Below, in pieces: positions 1 through 8,237 of a stretch of 32,000 bases of DNA. The notes beneath the pieces were generated by a model, which saw only the letters and a list, made by a program, of their open reading frames with translations, searched no databases and was not told the DNA's origin. The DNA is from Longivirga aurantiaca. Its GTDB lineage: Bacteria; Actinomycetota; Actinomycetes; S36-B12; CAIYMF01. The position numbers and the translations under genes are program-made. The DNA lies in contig NZ_JBHSTI010000008.1 in NCBI RefSeq assembly GCF_042660085.1, positions 420,001 to 452,000 on the forward strand. Direction: 5' to 3'. Every line of letters begins with the position of its first letter. Position 1 is the first letter of the stretch.

Positions 1-1
1 C

Positions 2-1591
2 GGCGAGGTCGAGCGCGGCCTCGAGATGGTCGACGCCGTGCTCCTGCTCGTCGACGCGAGCGAGGGCCCGCTGCCGCAGACCCGCTTCGTCCTGCGCAAG
101 GCGCTGCAGAAGAACCTCCCCGTGATCCTGGTCGTCAACAAGGTCGACCGTCCCGACGCCCGTATCGCCGAGGTCGTCGACGAGACGTACGAGCTGTTCT
201 TCGACCTCGACGCCACGGCCGAGCAGATCGAGTTCCCGGTCGTGTACGCCAGCGCCAAGGCCGGTCGCGCCTCGCTCAACCGTCCCGAGGACGGCGGCAT
301 GCCGGACAGCGAGAACCTCATCCCGCTGTTCACCACGATCCTCGACACCGTGCCGGCACCGCACTACGACCCCGAGATGCCGCTGCAGGCGCACGTCACC
401 AACCTCGACTCCTCGCCGTACCTCGGCCGTCTCGCCCTGTGCCGCATCCACAACGGCACGCTGAAGAAGGGCCAGCAGGTCGCGTGGGCGCGGCACGACG
501 GCACCATCACCCGCGCCAAGATCGCCGAGCTCCTCATCACCCAGGCTCTCGAGCGCGTCCCCGCCGAGTCGGCCGGCCCCGGCGAGATCGTCGCCATCGC
601 GGGCATCGAGGAGATCACGATCGGCGAGACCCTCACCGACGTCGACGACCCGCGCCCCCTGCCGCTCATCACGGTCGACGAGCCGTCGATCTCCATGACG
701 ATCGGTATCAACACCTCGCCCCTCGCCGGCCAGAGCGGCAACAAGCTCACCGCCCGCCTGGTGAAGAACCGCCTCGAGGCCGAGCTCATCGGCAACGTGT
801 CGATCCGCATGGTGCCGACCGAGCGCCCCGACACCTGGGAGGTCCAGGGCCGTGGCGAGCTCCAGCTCGCGATCCTCGTGGAGATCATGCGGCGCGAGGG
901 CTTCGAGCTCACCGTGGGCAAGCCGCAGGTCGTCACCAAGCTCGTAGACGGCAAGGTGCACGAGCCGATGGAGGCCCTCACGGTCGACATCCCCGAGGAC
1001 TACCTCGGCGTCGTCACCCAGCTCATGGCCCTGCGCAAGGGCCGCATGGAGCAGATGGTCAACCACGGCACCGGCTGGGTCCGCATGGAGTATGTCGTGC
1101 CCGCACGCGGCCTCATCGGCTTCCGCACGGAGTTCCTGACCGAGACCCGCGGCACCGGCCTGCTGCACCACGTGTTCCACAAGTACGAGCCGTGGCACGG
1201 CGAGCTCCGCACCCGCCCGACCGGCTCGCTCGTGGCCGACCGCCGCGGCCCCACCACCGGGTTCGCCCTGGCCAACCTCCAGGAGCGCGGCACGCTGTTC
1301 GTGGGCCCGGGCACCGAGGTCTATGAGGGCATGATCGTCGGCGAGAACTCGCGCCAGGACGACATGGACGTCAACCCGACCAAGGAGAAGAAGCTGACGA
1401 ACATGCGTCAGTCCTCCAGCGACGTCCTGGTGCCCCTGATCCCGCACAAGCAGATGTCGATGGAGCAGGCGCTCGAGTTCTGCCGCGAGGACGAGTGCAT
1501 GGAGGTCACGCCGGCCACCGTGCGCATCCGCAAGGTCGTCCTCGACCAGACCGAGCGCGGCCGCTCGGCCGCCCGCGCCAAGAAGGGCTGA
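2..1591 (+). CDS. typA: Translational GTPase TypA/BipA, 5'-truncated by the window edge
   Basis: The reading frame is open to the window start (in frame from nt 2). It shows the G4 motif LVVNKVDRPDAR, a beta-barrel domain II and a BipA-type C-terminus (EDECMEVTPATVRIRKVVLD). The TGA at 1589-1591 is followed by a strong hairpin. Confidence 0.94.
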   Translation, partial: GEVERGLEMVDAVLLLVDASEGPLPQTRFVLRKALQKNLPVILVVNKVDRPDARIAEVVDETYELFFDLDATAEQIEFPVVYASAKAGRASLNRPEDGGMPDSENLIPLFTTILDTVPAPHYDPEMPLQAHVTNLDSSPYLGRLALCRIHNGTLKKGQQVAWARHDGTITRAKIAELLITQALERVPAESAGPGEIVAIAGIEEITIGETLTDVDDPRPLPLITVDEPSISMTIGINTSPLAGQSGNKLTARLVKNRLEAELIGNVSIRMVPTERPDTWEVQGRGELQLAILVEIMRREGFELTVGKPQVVTKLVDGKVHEPMEALTVDIPEDYLGVVTQLMALRKGRMEQMVNHGTGWVRMEYVVPARGLIGFRTEFLTETRGTGLLHHVFHKYEPWHGELRTRPTGSLVADRRGPTTGFALANLQERGTLFVGPGTEVYEGMIVGENSRQDDMDVNPTKEKKLTNMRQSSSDVLVPLIPHKQMSMEQALEFCREDECMEVTPATVRIRKVVLDQTERGRSAARAKKG

Positions 1592-1618
1592 CCGGCCGGC
1601 CAGCCGACCCGCCGCACC

Positions 1619-1651
1619 GAGGAGCCCGCGACGCGACGTCGCGGGCTCCTC
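1619..1651 (+). terminator. Intrinsic-terminator-like hairpin after typA
   Basis: Perfect 14-bp GC-rich stem GAGGAGCCCGCGAC / GTCGCGGGCTCCTC with a 5-nt loop, about 27 nt after the typA stop. There is no U-tract, which is common in high-GC actinobacteria. Confidence 0.65.
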
Positions 1652-1950
1652 GCGTTCCCGCACGCGCGCCGACCTGCGGCGATACGGTGACGCCCGTCAC
1701 ATCGAGACCCGATTCCGGCCGAATCGTCACAGTCAGGTGCCGCGGGTATGTCGGAATGGTCCCGATCCGCCCCCCCGCGGTCACGATCCGGTCACGGGGG
1801 TGAGCGTGGCTTCATCCGTCCGTTGGGATGACATAGGTTTCCCGAGGTCCCGGGGTTGGGGGCGAGCCGGTGACCCCGGCAATCGTCCGTACGCCGATCT
1901 CGGGAACGACAGGTCTTCCCGGAACCAGACAGGAAGGCAACAGGTTCTCC

Positions 1951-2937
1951 ATGACCGTGCCTCTCGACACCGAGCGCCGCGACGACGACGCGCCGGCGAT
2001 CGCTGAAGCGACGCCCGAGATCGCCGGGCGCTCCCTCGGTGCCATCGCGTGGGGCCGTCTGCGCCAGGACAAGGTCGCCCTCGTGGGCGCCGGCATGATC
2101 ATCTTCTTCATCCTGGTCGCCATCTTCGCGCCGCTGCTGTGCCGCATCTTCGACGTCGACCCGTTCTCGACCAATACCGACCAGCTCGACGACCTCGGAT
2201 TCCCGAAGGGCCCGTGGGCCGGCGCCTCCTGGGAGCACCCGCTCGGCGTGGAGCCCCGACTCGGTCGCGACATCTTCGCCCGCATCGTCTACGGCGCCCG
2301 CTACTCGCTGATCATCGCGCTGCTCGCCACCGTGCTGACGGTCGTCCTCGGCGTCGTGTTCGGCATCCTCGCCGGCTTCCGCGGCGGGTGGCTCGACACG
2401 TTCATCAGCCGCGGCATGGACATCCTGCTCGCCTTCCCGGTGCTGCTCTTCTCGATCGGCGCCCTGGTGATCGTGAGCCTCACCGACTGGTACCGAGACA
2501 GCGTGCCGGCCCAGGTCGCCTTCCTGACCTTCGTGATCGGCTTCTTCGGCTGGCCGTACATCGGCCGCATCATCCGCGGCCAGGTGCTCTCGCTGCGGGA
2601 GAAGGAGTTCGTGGACGCCGCGCGCAGCATCGGCGCGCCGACCCGTCGCATCCTGTTCAAGGAGCTCCTGCCGAACCTGCTCCCGATCATCCTCGTCTAC
2701 GCGACGCTGATCATCCCGACCAACATCCTGGCCGAGGCGGCGCTCTCGTTCCTGGGCGTCGGGCTCCAGCCGCCGACCCCCACCTGGGGCCAGATGCTGT
2801 CGAGCTCGGTGAGCTCGTTCCAGCTCGTGCCGTTCTACATGGCGGTCCCCGGCATGGCGATCTTCCTGTGCGTCCTCGCGTTCAACCTCTTCGGAGACGG
2901 GCTGCGCGACGCGTTCGACCCCAAGGGCACCCAGTGA
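1951..2937 (+). CDS. Peptide/nickel-type ABC transporter permease (DppC/OppC-like)
   Basis: The ORF spans 1870-2937. I prefer the ATG at 1951, which has AGGAAGG about 13 nt upstream. It has an OppC_N-like N-terminus followed by multiple TM helices and an EAA-type cytoplasmic loop (FVDAARSIGAPTRRILFKELLPN). Confidence 0.9.
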   Translation: MTVPLDTERRDDDAPAIAEATPEIAGRSLGAIAWGRLRQDKVALVGAGMIIFFILVAIFAPLLCRIFDVDPFSTNTDQLDDLGFPKGPWAGASWEHPLGVEPRLGRDIFARIVYGARYSLIIALLATVLTVVLGVVFGILAGFRGGWLDTFISRGMDILLAFPVLLFSIGALVIVSLTDWYRDSVPAQVAFLTFVIGFFGWPYIGRIIRGQVLSLREKEFVDAARSIGAPTRRILFKELLPNLLPIILVYATLIIPTNILAEAALSFLGVGLQPPTPTWGQMLSSSVSSFQLVPFYMAVPGMAIFLCVLAFNLFGDGLRDAFDPKGTQ

Positions 2938-3053
2938 CCTTGATCCGGGCGGTCTGACCGCCCACCACATACTTTCCCGGCGGGAGGCCGGGGAGCCCGA
3001 GACCGTCATCCGACGGCCCCGGTGACCACCCTGAGGAGAAGGTGGATCTGTTC

Positions 3054-4811
3054 ATGGCGAACACTCGACGCGCGACTGCGATCGCAGCTGTCGGCGCTGC
3101 CGCCGCGCTCGCCCTCGCAGCATGCGGTGGCGGCAGCGGCGGTGGCACCACGAGCGCCCCGGCCGCCAGCGGCTTCAACGCGGCTGCGACCGGCGTTGTC
3201 AACCCGTCCGATGTGACCGGTGGCACCCTGAAGATGGGCGCGACGTCCGACTGCGACTCGTACGACCCGGCTCGTACCTACTACGCGTACTGCTGGGACA
3301 TCCAGCGGCTCTTCACGCGCTCGCTCATGGGCTTCGCGCCCCTGCCGGGCGCCGCGGGCACCGCTGTCGTCCCCGACCTCGCGACGGCCGCCGGTGAGGC
3401 GAACGCCGACAAGACCGAGTGGAAGTACACGCTCAAGGACGGCGTGAAGTGGGAGGACGGCAGCGCCATCACGTCGAAGGACGTGAAGTACGCGGTGCAG
3501 CGTCTCTTCGCGACCGACGTGATCAACGGTGGTCCGTCGTCGTACTTCACCAGCCTGCTCGACGACGGCACCTACAAGGGCCCCTACGCGGACCCGAACG
3601 GCGACCTCCCGTCGGTCACCACGCCTGACGACAAGACGATCATCTTCAAGCTCAACAAGCCCTTTGCGGACTTCAACTTCCTGATGGCGCTGCCCACGGC
3701 CGCTCCCGTCCCGGCGTCGAAGGACACCAAGGCCGACTACGGCAAGAAGCCGTTCTCGTCCGGCCCCTACAAGATCGACTCGTTCGAGGCCGGCAAGAGC
3801 ACGACCTGGTCGCGCAACACCAACTGGGACAAGGCGACCGACGAGATCCGCAAGGCCCTCGTCGACAAGGTCGAGCTCACGATCATCGGTGACGCTGCCG
3901 ACCTCGACAAGCGCCTGCTCGCCGGTGACCTCGACCTTCAGGCCGACGGTGGAATCCTCCCCGAGAGCCGCGCCCTCGTCCTCGCGGACGAGACCAAGAA
4001 GGCCAACGCCGACAACCCGGTGACCGGCTTCACCCGCTACATCGCAGTGATGCAGACGGTCGAGCCGCTCACCAACAAGGCGTGCCGCGAGGCGATCTTC
4101 TACGCCTTCAACAAGGCCGACTACCGCAAGGTCCGCGGCGGCGACACCGGTGGCGACCTCGCCAACACGATGACGCCCCCGCTCGTGCCGGGCTTCGACG
4201 AGACGTTCAACCCGTACCCCTCGGGTCCGGACGGCACGGGTGACCTCGAGCAGGCCAAGGCCAAGCTCGCGGAGTGCGGTCAGGCTGACGGCTTCTCGAT
4301 CAACCTCGCGTACGTGAACCAGGGTCTCGGCCCGGACCTGTTCGCCTCGGTCCAGCAGAACCTCGGCCGCGTGGGCATCAAGGTCGGCGGCGCCGCGAAC
4401 GACGGTTCGTCGTACTACTCGACGTGGATCGGCTCGCCGAAGAACGTCATCGACCAGAAGATCGGTATCGCGATCGCTGGTTGGGGCGCTGACTTCCCGA
4501 CCGCCTACGGCTTCTGGCAGTCCATCGCCAACGGCAACGCGATCCTCGACGAGGGCAACTCGAACTACCCGTCGCTGAACGACCCCAAGGTCAACGACCT
4601 GCTCGACCAGTTGACCAAGGAGGGCGACAAGGCCAAGGCCGACGACCTCGCCAAGCAGCTCGACCAGCAGGTCATGGCGAACGCGGTGTACCTGCCGGTT
4701 CAGTTCGACAAGACCTTCTACTACCGCAACCCCCGCCTCACCAACATCTACCTCAACGGTGGCGTGGGTAACTACTACGACTACGTCAACGTCGGCACCG
4801 GCGGCAAGTGA
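3054..4811 (+). CDS. ABC transporter substrate-binding lipoprotein, family 5 (peptide/nickel type)
   Basis: Signal peptide with lipobox LALAAC-GGGSGG. Length is about 585 aa and the sequence is SBP_bac_5-like. The ATG at 3054 lies just downstream of GAGGAGAAGG; the GTG at 3042 is an alternative start. Confidence 0.9.
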   Translation: MANTRRATAIAAVGAAAALALAACGGGSGGGTTSAPAASGFNAAATGVVNPSDVTGGTLKMGATSDCDSYDPARTYYAYCWDIQRLFTRSLMGFAPLPGAAGTAVVPDLATAAGEANADKTEWKYTLKDGVKWEDGSAITSKDVKYAVQRLFATDVINGGPSSYFTSLLDDGTYKGPYADPNGDLPSVTTPDDKTIIFKLNKPFADFNFLMALPTAAPVPASKDTKADYGKKPFSSGPYKIDSFEAGKSTTWSRNTNWDKATDEIRKALVDKVELTIIGDAADLDKRLLAGDLDLQADGGILPESRALVLADETKKANADNPVTGFTRYIAVMQTVEPLTNKACREAIFYAFNKADYRKVRGGDTGGDLANTMTPPLVPGFDETFNPYPSGPDGTGDLEQAKAKLAECGQADGFSINLAYVNQGLGPDLFASVQQNLGRVGIKVGGAANDGSSYYSTWIGSPKNVIDQKIGIAIAGWGADFPTAYGFWQSIANGNAILDEGNSNYPSLNDPKVNDLLDQLTKEGDKAKADDLAKQLDQQVMANAVYLPVQFDKTFYYRNPRLTNIYLNGGVGNYYDYVNVGTGGK

Positions 4812-4849
4812 CGAAGTCCTAGCTAGCTGATCGCTCCACTTCAACACGC

Positions 4850-4888
4850 GGGTGTGGCCGGCGGGAGACAATCCCGTCGGCCACACCC
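4850..4888 (+). promoter_or_regulatory. Intercistronic hairpin between the SBP and permease genes
   Basis: 17-bp stem GGGTGTGGCCGGCGGGA / TCCCGTCGGCCACACCC with one mismatch and a 5-nt loop GACAA. It lies 39 nt after the SBP stop and 12 nt before the next start codon. Confidence 0.5.
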
Positions 4889-4900
4889 TGCGGAGGGCAC

Positions 4901-5911
4901 ATGTTCCGGTACATCGTCCGACGGCTCCTCGGGGCCGTGGTCGTCGTGTTCATCGTCAGCCTCGTGACGTTCTTCCTGTTCCAGCTGGGACCGAAGATCA
5001 CGGGCTCGAGCCCCGCGTACCTGTACGCGGGCAAGAACCCGACGCCGGAGATCATCGCCCAGATCGAGAAGGGCCTCGGTCTCGACCAGCCCCTGCTCGT
5101 GCAGTACGGCCAGTTCGTCAAGGGCATCGTGGTGGGCCGTGAGTACTCCGACGGCACCGTCGACGGCGTCCGCCCCTGCCCTGCCCCGTGCTTCGGCTAC
5201 TCGTTCCGCTACCAGACCCCGGTCTGGGACCTGATCAAGGACCGCTTCCCCGTTACGGCGTCGTTGGCCGTCGGGGCCGCCATCCTCTGGCTGATCTTCG
5301 GCCTGTCGGTCGGCATCCTGTCCGCCCTGAAGAAGGGCACGATCACAGACAGGGTCGCGATGATCATCGCGCTCGCCGGCGTCTCGCTACCCGTCTACTT
5401 CACCGGGCTCGTGCTGCTGTACGTGTTCGTGTACGGCCCGATCCGGTTCCTGCCACCACCGTCGTACAAACCTCTCACCGAGGATCCGGTGGCGTGGCTG
5501 CAGTCGCTGATCCTGCCGTGGGTCGCCCTGGCGTTCCTGTACGCGGCGCTCTACGCCCGGCTCACGCGCGCCAACATGCTCGACACCATGTCCGAGGACT
5601 ACATCCGGACCGCGGTGTCCAAGGGCCTGTCGCGCCGGAAGGTGATCAGCAAGCACGCGCTGCGTGCGGCGCTCACGCCCATCATCACGATCTTCGGCCT
5701 GGACCTCGGAGCACTGCTCGGTGGAGCGATCCTGACCGAGAAGGTGTTCAGCCTCCCAGGGCTGGGGTACCTGTCGATCGACGCGATCCAGAAACAGGAT
5801 CTGCCCGTCATCATGGGTGTCACGATCGTCGCTGCGCTGTTCATCGTCGTCGCCAACATCGTCGTCGACGTCCTCTACGGCGTGGTCGACCCACGCGTGC
5901 GCCTGAGCTGA
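4901..5911 (+). CDS. Peptide/nickel-type ABC transporter permease (DppB/OppB-like)
   Basis: The N-terminus MFRYIVRRLLGAVVVVFIVSLVTFFLF is typical of DppB/OppB. It has six predicted TM segments and an EAA loop (DYIRTAVSKGLSRRKVISKHALRAALTP). Confidence 0.92.
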   Translation: MFRYIVRRLLGAVVVVFIVSLVTFFLFQLGPKITGSSPAYLYAGKNPTPEIIAQIEKGLGLDQPLLVQYGQFVKGIVVGREYSDGTVDGVRPCPAPCFGYSFRYQTPVWDLIKDRFPVTASLAVGAAILWLIFGLSVGILSALKKGTITDRVAMIIALAGVSLPVYFTGLVLLYVFVYGPIRFLPPPSYKPLTEDPVAWLQSLILPWVALAFLYAALYARLTRANMLDTMSEDYIRTAVSKGLSRRKVISKHALRAALTPIITIFGLDLGALLGGAILTEKVFSLPGLGYLSIDAIQKQDLPVIMGVTIVAALFIVVANIVVDVLYGVVDPRVRLS

Positions 5912-5924
5912 CCAAGGAATCACC

Positions 5925-6992
5925 GTGACCCTCATTGCCGACTCCGCGGCCTCGGCCCCCTCGGGCCCCCCGAAGCACTTCCTCGAGGTCCGCGACCTGC
6001 GTGTCGCGTGGCCGACCGACGACGGCCTCGTCCGGTCGGTCGACGGCCTGTCGTTCTCGGTCGAGCGCGGCAAGACCCTCGGCATCGTGGGCGAGTCCGG
6101 CTCGGGCAAGTCCGTGACGTCCCAGGCCATCCTCGGCCTGCAGAAGGGCACCCGCGCCCAGGTGTCCGGCGAGATCTGGCTCGACGGCGAGGAGCTCGTC
6201 GCCAAGGACGCCGACGAGATGCGGTCGCTGCGCGGCAACAAGGTCGCGATGATCTTCCAGGACCCGCTCTCCTCGCTGCACCCGTTCTACCGGGTCGGCG
6301 AGCAGATCGTGGAGGCCTACCAAGTCCACAACAACGTCAGCAAGGACGTCGCGCGCAAGCGGGCGATCGAGATGCTCGACCGGGTGGGCATCCCCAACCC
6401 CGACCGGCGCGTCGACGACTACCCGCACCAGTTCTCCGGCGGCATGCGCCAGCGCGCGATGATCGCGATGGCGCTCGTGAACGACCCTCAGCTGCTCATC
6501 GCCGACGAGCCCACCACGGCGCTCGACGTGACGGTCCAGGCCCAGATCCTCGACCTCATGCGCGACCTGCAGAAGGAGTACAACTCCGCGATCATGATCA
6601 TCACGCACGACCTCGGCGTCGTCGCCGAGATCGCCGATGACGTGGTCGTGATGTACGGCGGTCGCTGTGTCGAGCAGGGCTCGGTGCGCGACGTCTTCTA
6701 CCGCCCGGAGATGCCGTACACGTGGGGCCTGCTCGGCTCGATGCCGCGCCTCGACCGCGACCGCAAGGGCCGCCTCGACCCGATCCCGGGCAACCCGCCG
6801 TCACTCATCAACCTGCCGAAGGGCTGCGTCTTCGCGCCCCGCTGCAAGCACCGCGACAAGGTCGCCGGCACCGCCTGCGCCACCGATCGCCCGGATCTGA
6901 TCGAGACCGCACCCGGGCATGCCGTCCGCTGCCACATCGACGCCGAGGAGCGGCGCCGGACCTGGATCGAGGACATCAAGCCCTCGCTCTAG
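5925..6992 (+). CDS. ABC transporter ATP-binding protein (DppD/OppD-like)
   Basis: Walker A GESGSGKS, signature FSGGMRQR, Walker [13 protein letters not shown] and H-loop ITHDL. The C-terminal oligopeptide-transporter extension carries 4 Cys. The GTG start follows AAGGAA. Confidence 0.93.
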   Translation: MTLIADSAASAPSGPPKHFLEVRDLRVAWPTDDGLVRSVDGLSFSVERGKTLGIVGESGSGKSVTSQAILGLQKGTRAQVSGEIWLDGEELVAKDADEMRSLRGNKVAMIFQDPLSSLHPFYRVGEQIVEAYQVHNNVSKDVARKRAIEMLDRVGIPNPDRRVDDYPHQFSGGMRQRAMIAMALVNDPQLLIADEPTTALDVTVQAQILDLMRDLQKEYNSAIMIITHDLGVVAEIADDVVVMYGGRCVEQGSVRDVFYRPEMPYTWGLLGSMPRLDRDRKGRLDPIPGNPPSLINLPKGCVFAPRCKHRDKVAGTACATDRPDLIETAPGHAVRCHIDAEERRRTWIEDIKPSL

Positions 6993-7031
6993 CCGCCCGT
7001 CCCGCTCCCACGCCGTACGAATGGAGACACC

Positions 7032-8186
7032 GTGACCGTCGCACCGAGCACCGAGTCGAGCCAGGCCCCCGGCCTGCGCGACGACGCCCTGCTCCAGGTC
7101 AGGGACCTCAAGAAGCACTTCCCGATCACCCAGGGCATCGTCTTCCAGCGCCAGGTGGGCGCCGTGCAGGCCGTCGACGGCATCACCTTCGACGTCGCCG
7201 AGCGCGAGACCCTGGGTGTCGTCGGCGAGTCCGGCTGCGGCAAGTCGACCGCCGGCCGCACGATCACCAAGCTGATCGAGCCGACGTCCGGGTCGATCGT
7301 GTTCAACGGCCACGACATCACGAACTACTCGGTGTCGCAGATGCGCAACATCCGCAGCGACGTCCAGATGATCTTCCAGGACCCGTACTCGTCGCTGAAC
7401 CCGCGCCACACGATCGGCACCATCGTCGGTGCGCCGTTCCGGGTGCAGGGCACGGTCACCGACAAGGAGATCAAGCCCAAGGTCCAGGAGCTCCTCGAGC
7501 GCGTCGGCCTCAACCCCGAGCACTACAACCGCTACCCGCACGAGTTCTCCGGCGGCCAGCGCCAGCGCATCGGCGTCGCGCGGGCCATCGCCCTGCGCCC
7601 CAAGCTCATCGTCTGCGACGAGCCGGTCTCGGCGCTCGACGTGTCGATCCAGGCGCAGGTCGTCAACCTGCTCGAGGACCTGCAGACCGACTTCGGCATC
7701 GCCTACATCTTCGTGGCGCACGACCTCTCCGTGGTCCGGCACATCGCCGACCGCGTCGCGGTGATGTACCTCGGCAAGATCATGGAGCTTGCCGACCGCG
7801 ACGTGCTCTACTCGACGCCGCTGCACCCGTACACCCACGCGCTCATGTCGGCCGTGCCGATCCCGGACCCCGACAACCAGAACCGGCGCGAGCGGATCCT
7901 GCTCACCGGCGACCTGCCGAGCCCGATCAACCCGCCCTCGGGCTGCGTGTTCCACACCCGCTGCTACAAGGCGCAGGAGCGCTGCAAGCTCGAGGTGCCG
8001 GAGTTCCGCGAGCTCTCCCCGGGGCACGCCATCGCGTGCCACTTCCCGGAGGCCAAGCCGGTGTTCGTGCACAGCGACGAGGTCATCCGCGGGCCGCAGC
8101 CCGACGAGGAGTCGGTCGCCCCCGTCGACGGGAACGACGACCTCGTGCACCGCGCGCACGAGACCGGCCGCACCAACATCCGCTAG
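7032..8186 (+). CDS. ABC transporter ATP-binding protein (DppF/OppF-like)
   Basis: Walker A GESGCGKS, signature FSGGQRQR, Walker [13 protein letters not shown] and H-loop VAHDL. The C-terminal extension carries 4 Cys and an acidic tail. The GTG start follows GGAGA. Confidence 0.93.
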   Translation: MTVAPSTESSQAPGLRDDALLQVRDLKKHFPITQGIVFQRQVGAVQAVDGITFDVAERETLGVVGESGCGKSTAGRTITKLIEPTSGSIVFNGHDITNYSVSQMRNIRSDVQMIFQDPYSSLNPRHTIGTIVGAPFRVQGTVTDKEIKPKVQELLERVGLNPEHYNRYPHEFSGGQRQRIGVARAIALRPKLIVCDEPVSALDVSIQAQVVNLLEDLQTDFGIAYIFVAHDLSVVRHIADRVAVMYLGKIMELADRDVLYSTPLHPYTHALMSAVPIPDPDNQNRRERILLTGDLPSPINPPSGCVFHTRCYKAQERCKLEVPEFRELSPGHAIACHFPEAKPVFVHSDEVIRGPQPDEESVAPVDGNDDLVHRAHETGRTNIR

Positions 8187-8191
8187 TCACG

Positions 8192-8227
8192 ACGAAGGGC
8201 CCCGACCAGATGGTCGGGGCCCTTCGT
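8192..8227. terminator. Bidirectional terminator-like hairpin between convergent genes
   Basis: Perfect 16-bp stem ACGAAGGGCCCCGACC / GGTCGGGGCCCTTCGT with a 4-nt loop. It lies 5 nt after the ATPase stop (8186) and 10 nt beyond the minus-strand peptidase stop (8238). Confidence 0.75.
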
Positions 8228-8237
8228 GCACCTCGGC

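Noticed and set aside
1495-2006. Track ORFs 1495-1803 (+), 1506-1784 (-) and 1737-2006 (+) in the typA/permease gap as small proteins.
   Set aside because: Their translations are Arg/Pro/Gly-rich, there is no RBS, and they overlap the typA terminator hairpin or the permease start. They are most likely non-coding.
3006-4886. 626-aa ORF on the minus strand, antisense to the SBP gene.
   Set aside because: It fully overlaps a recognisable family-5 SBP lipoprotein gene. Its translation is dominated by V/R/G/D/E/L/A runs with no motifs. Long stop-free antisense frames are expected at this GC content.
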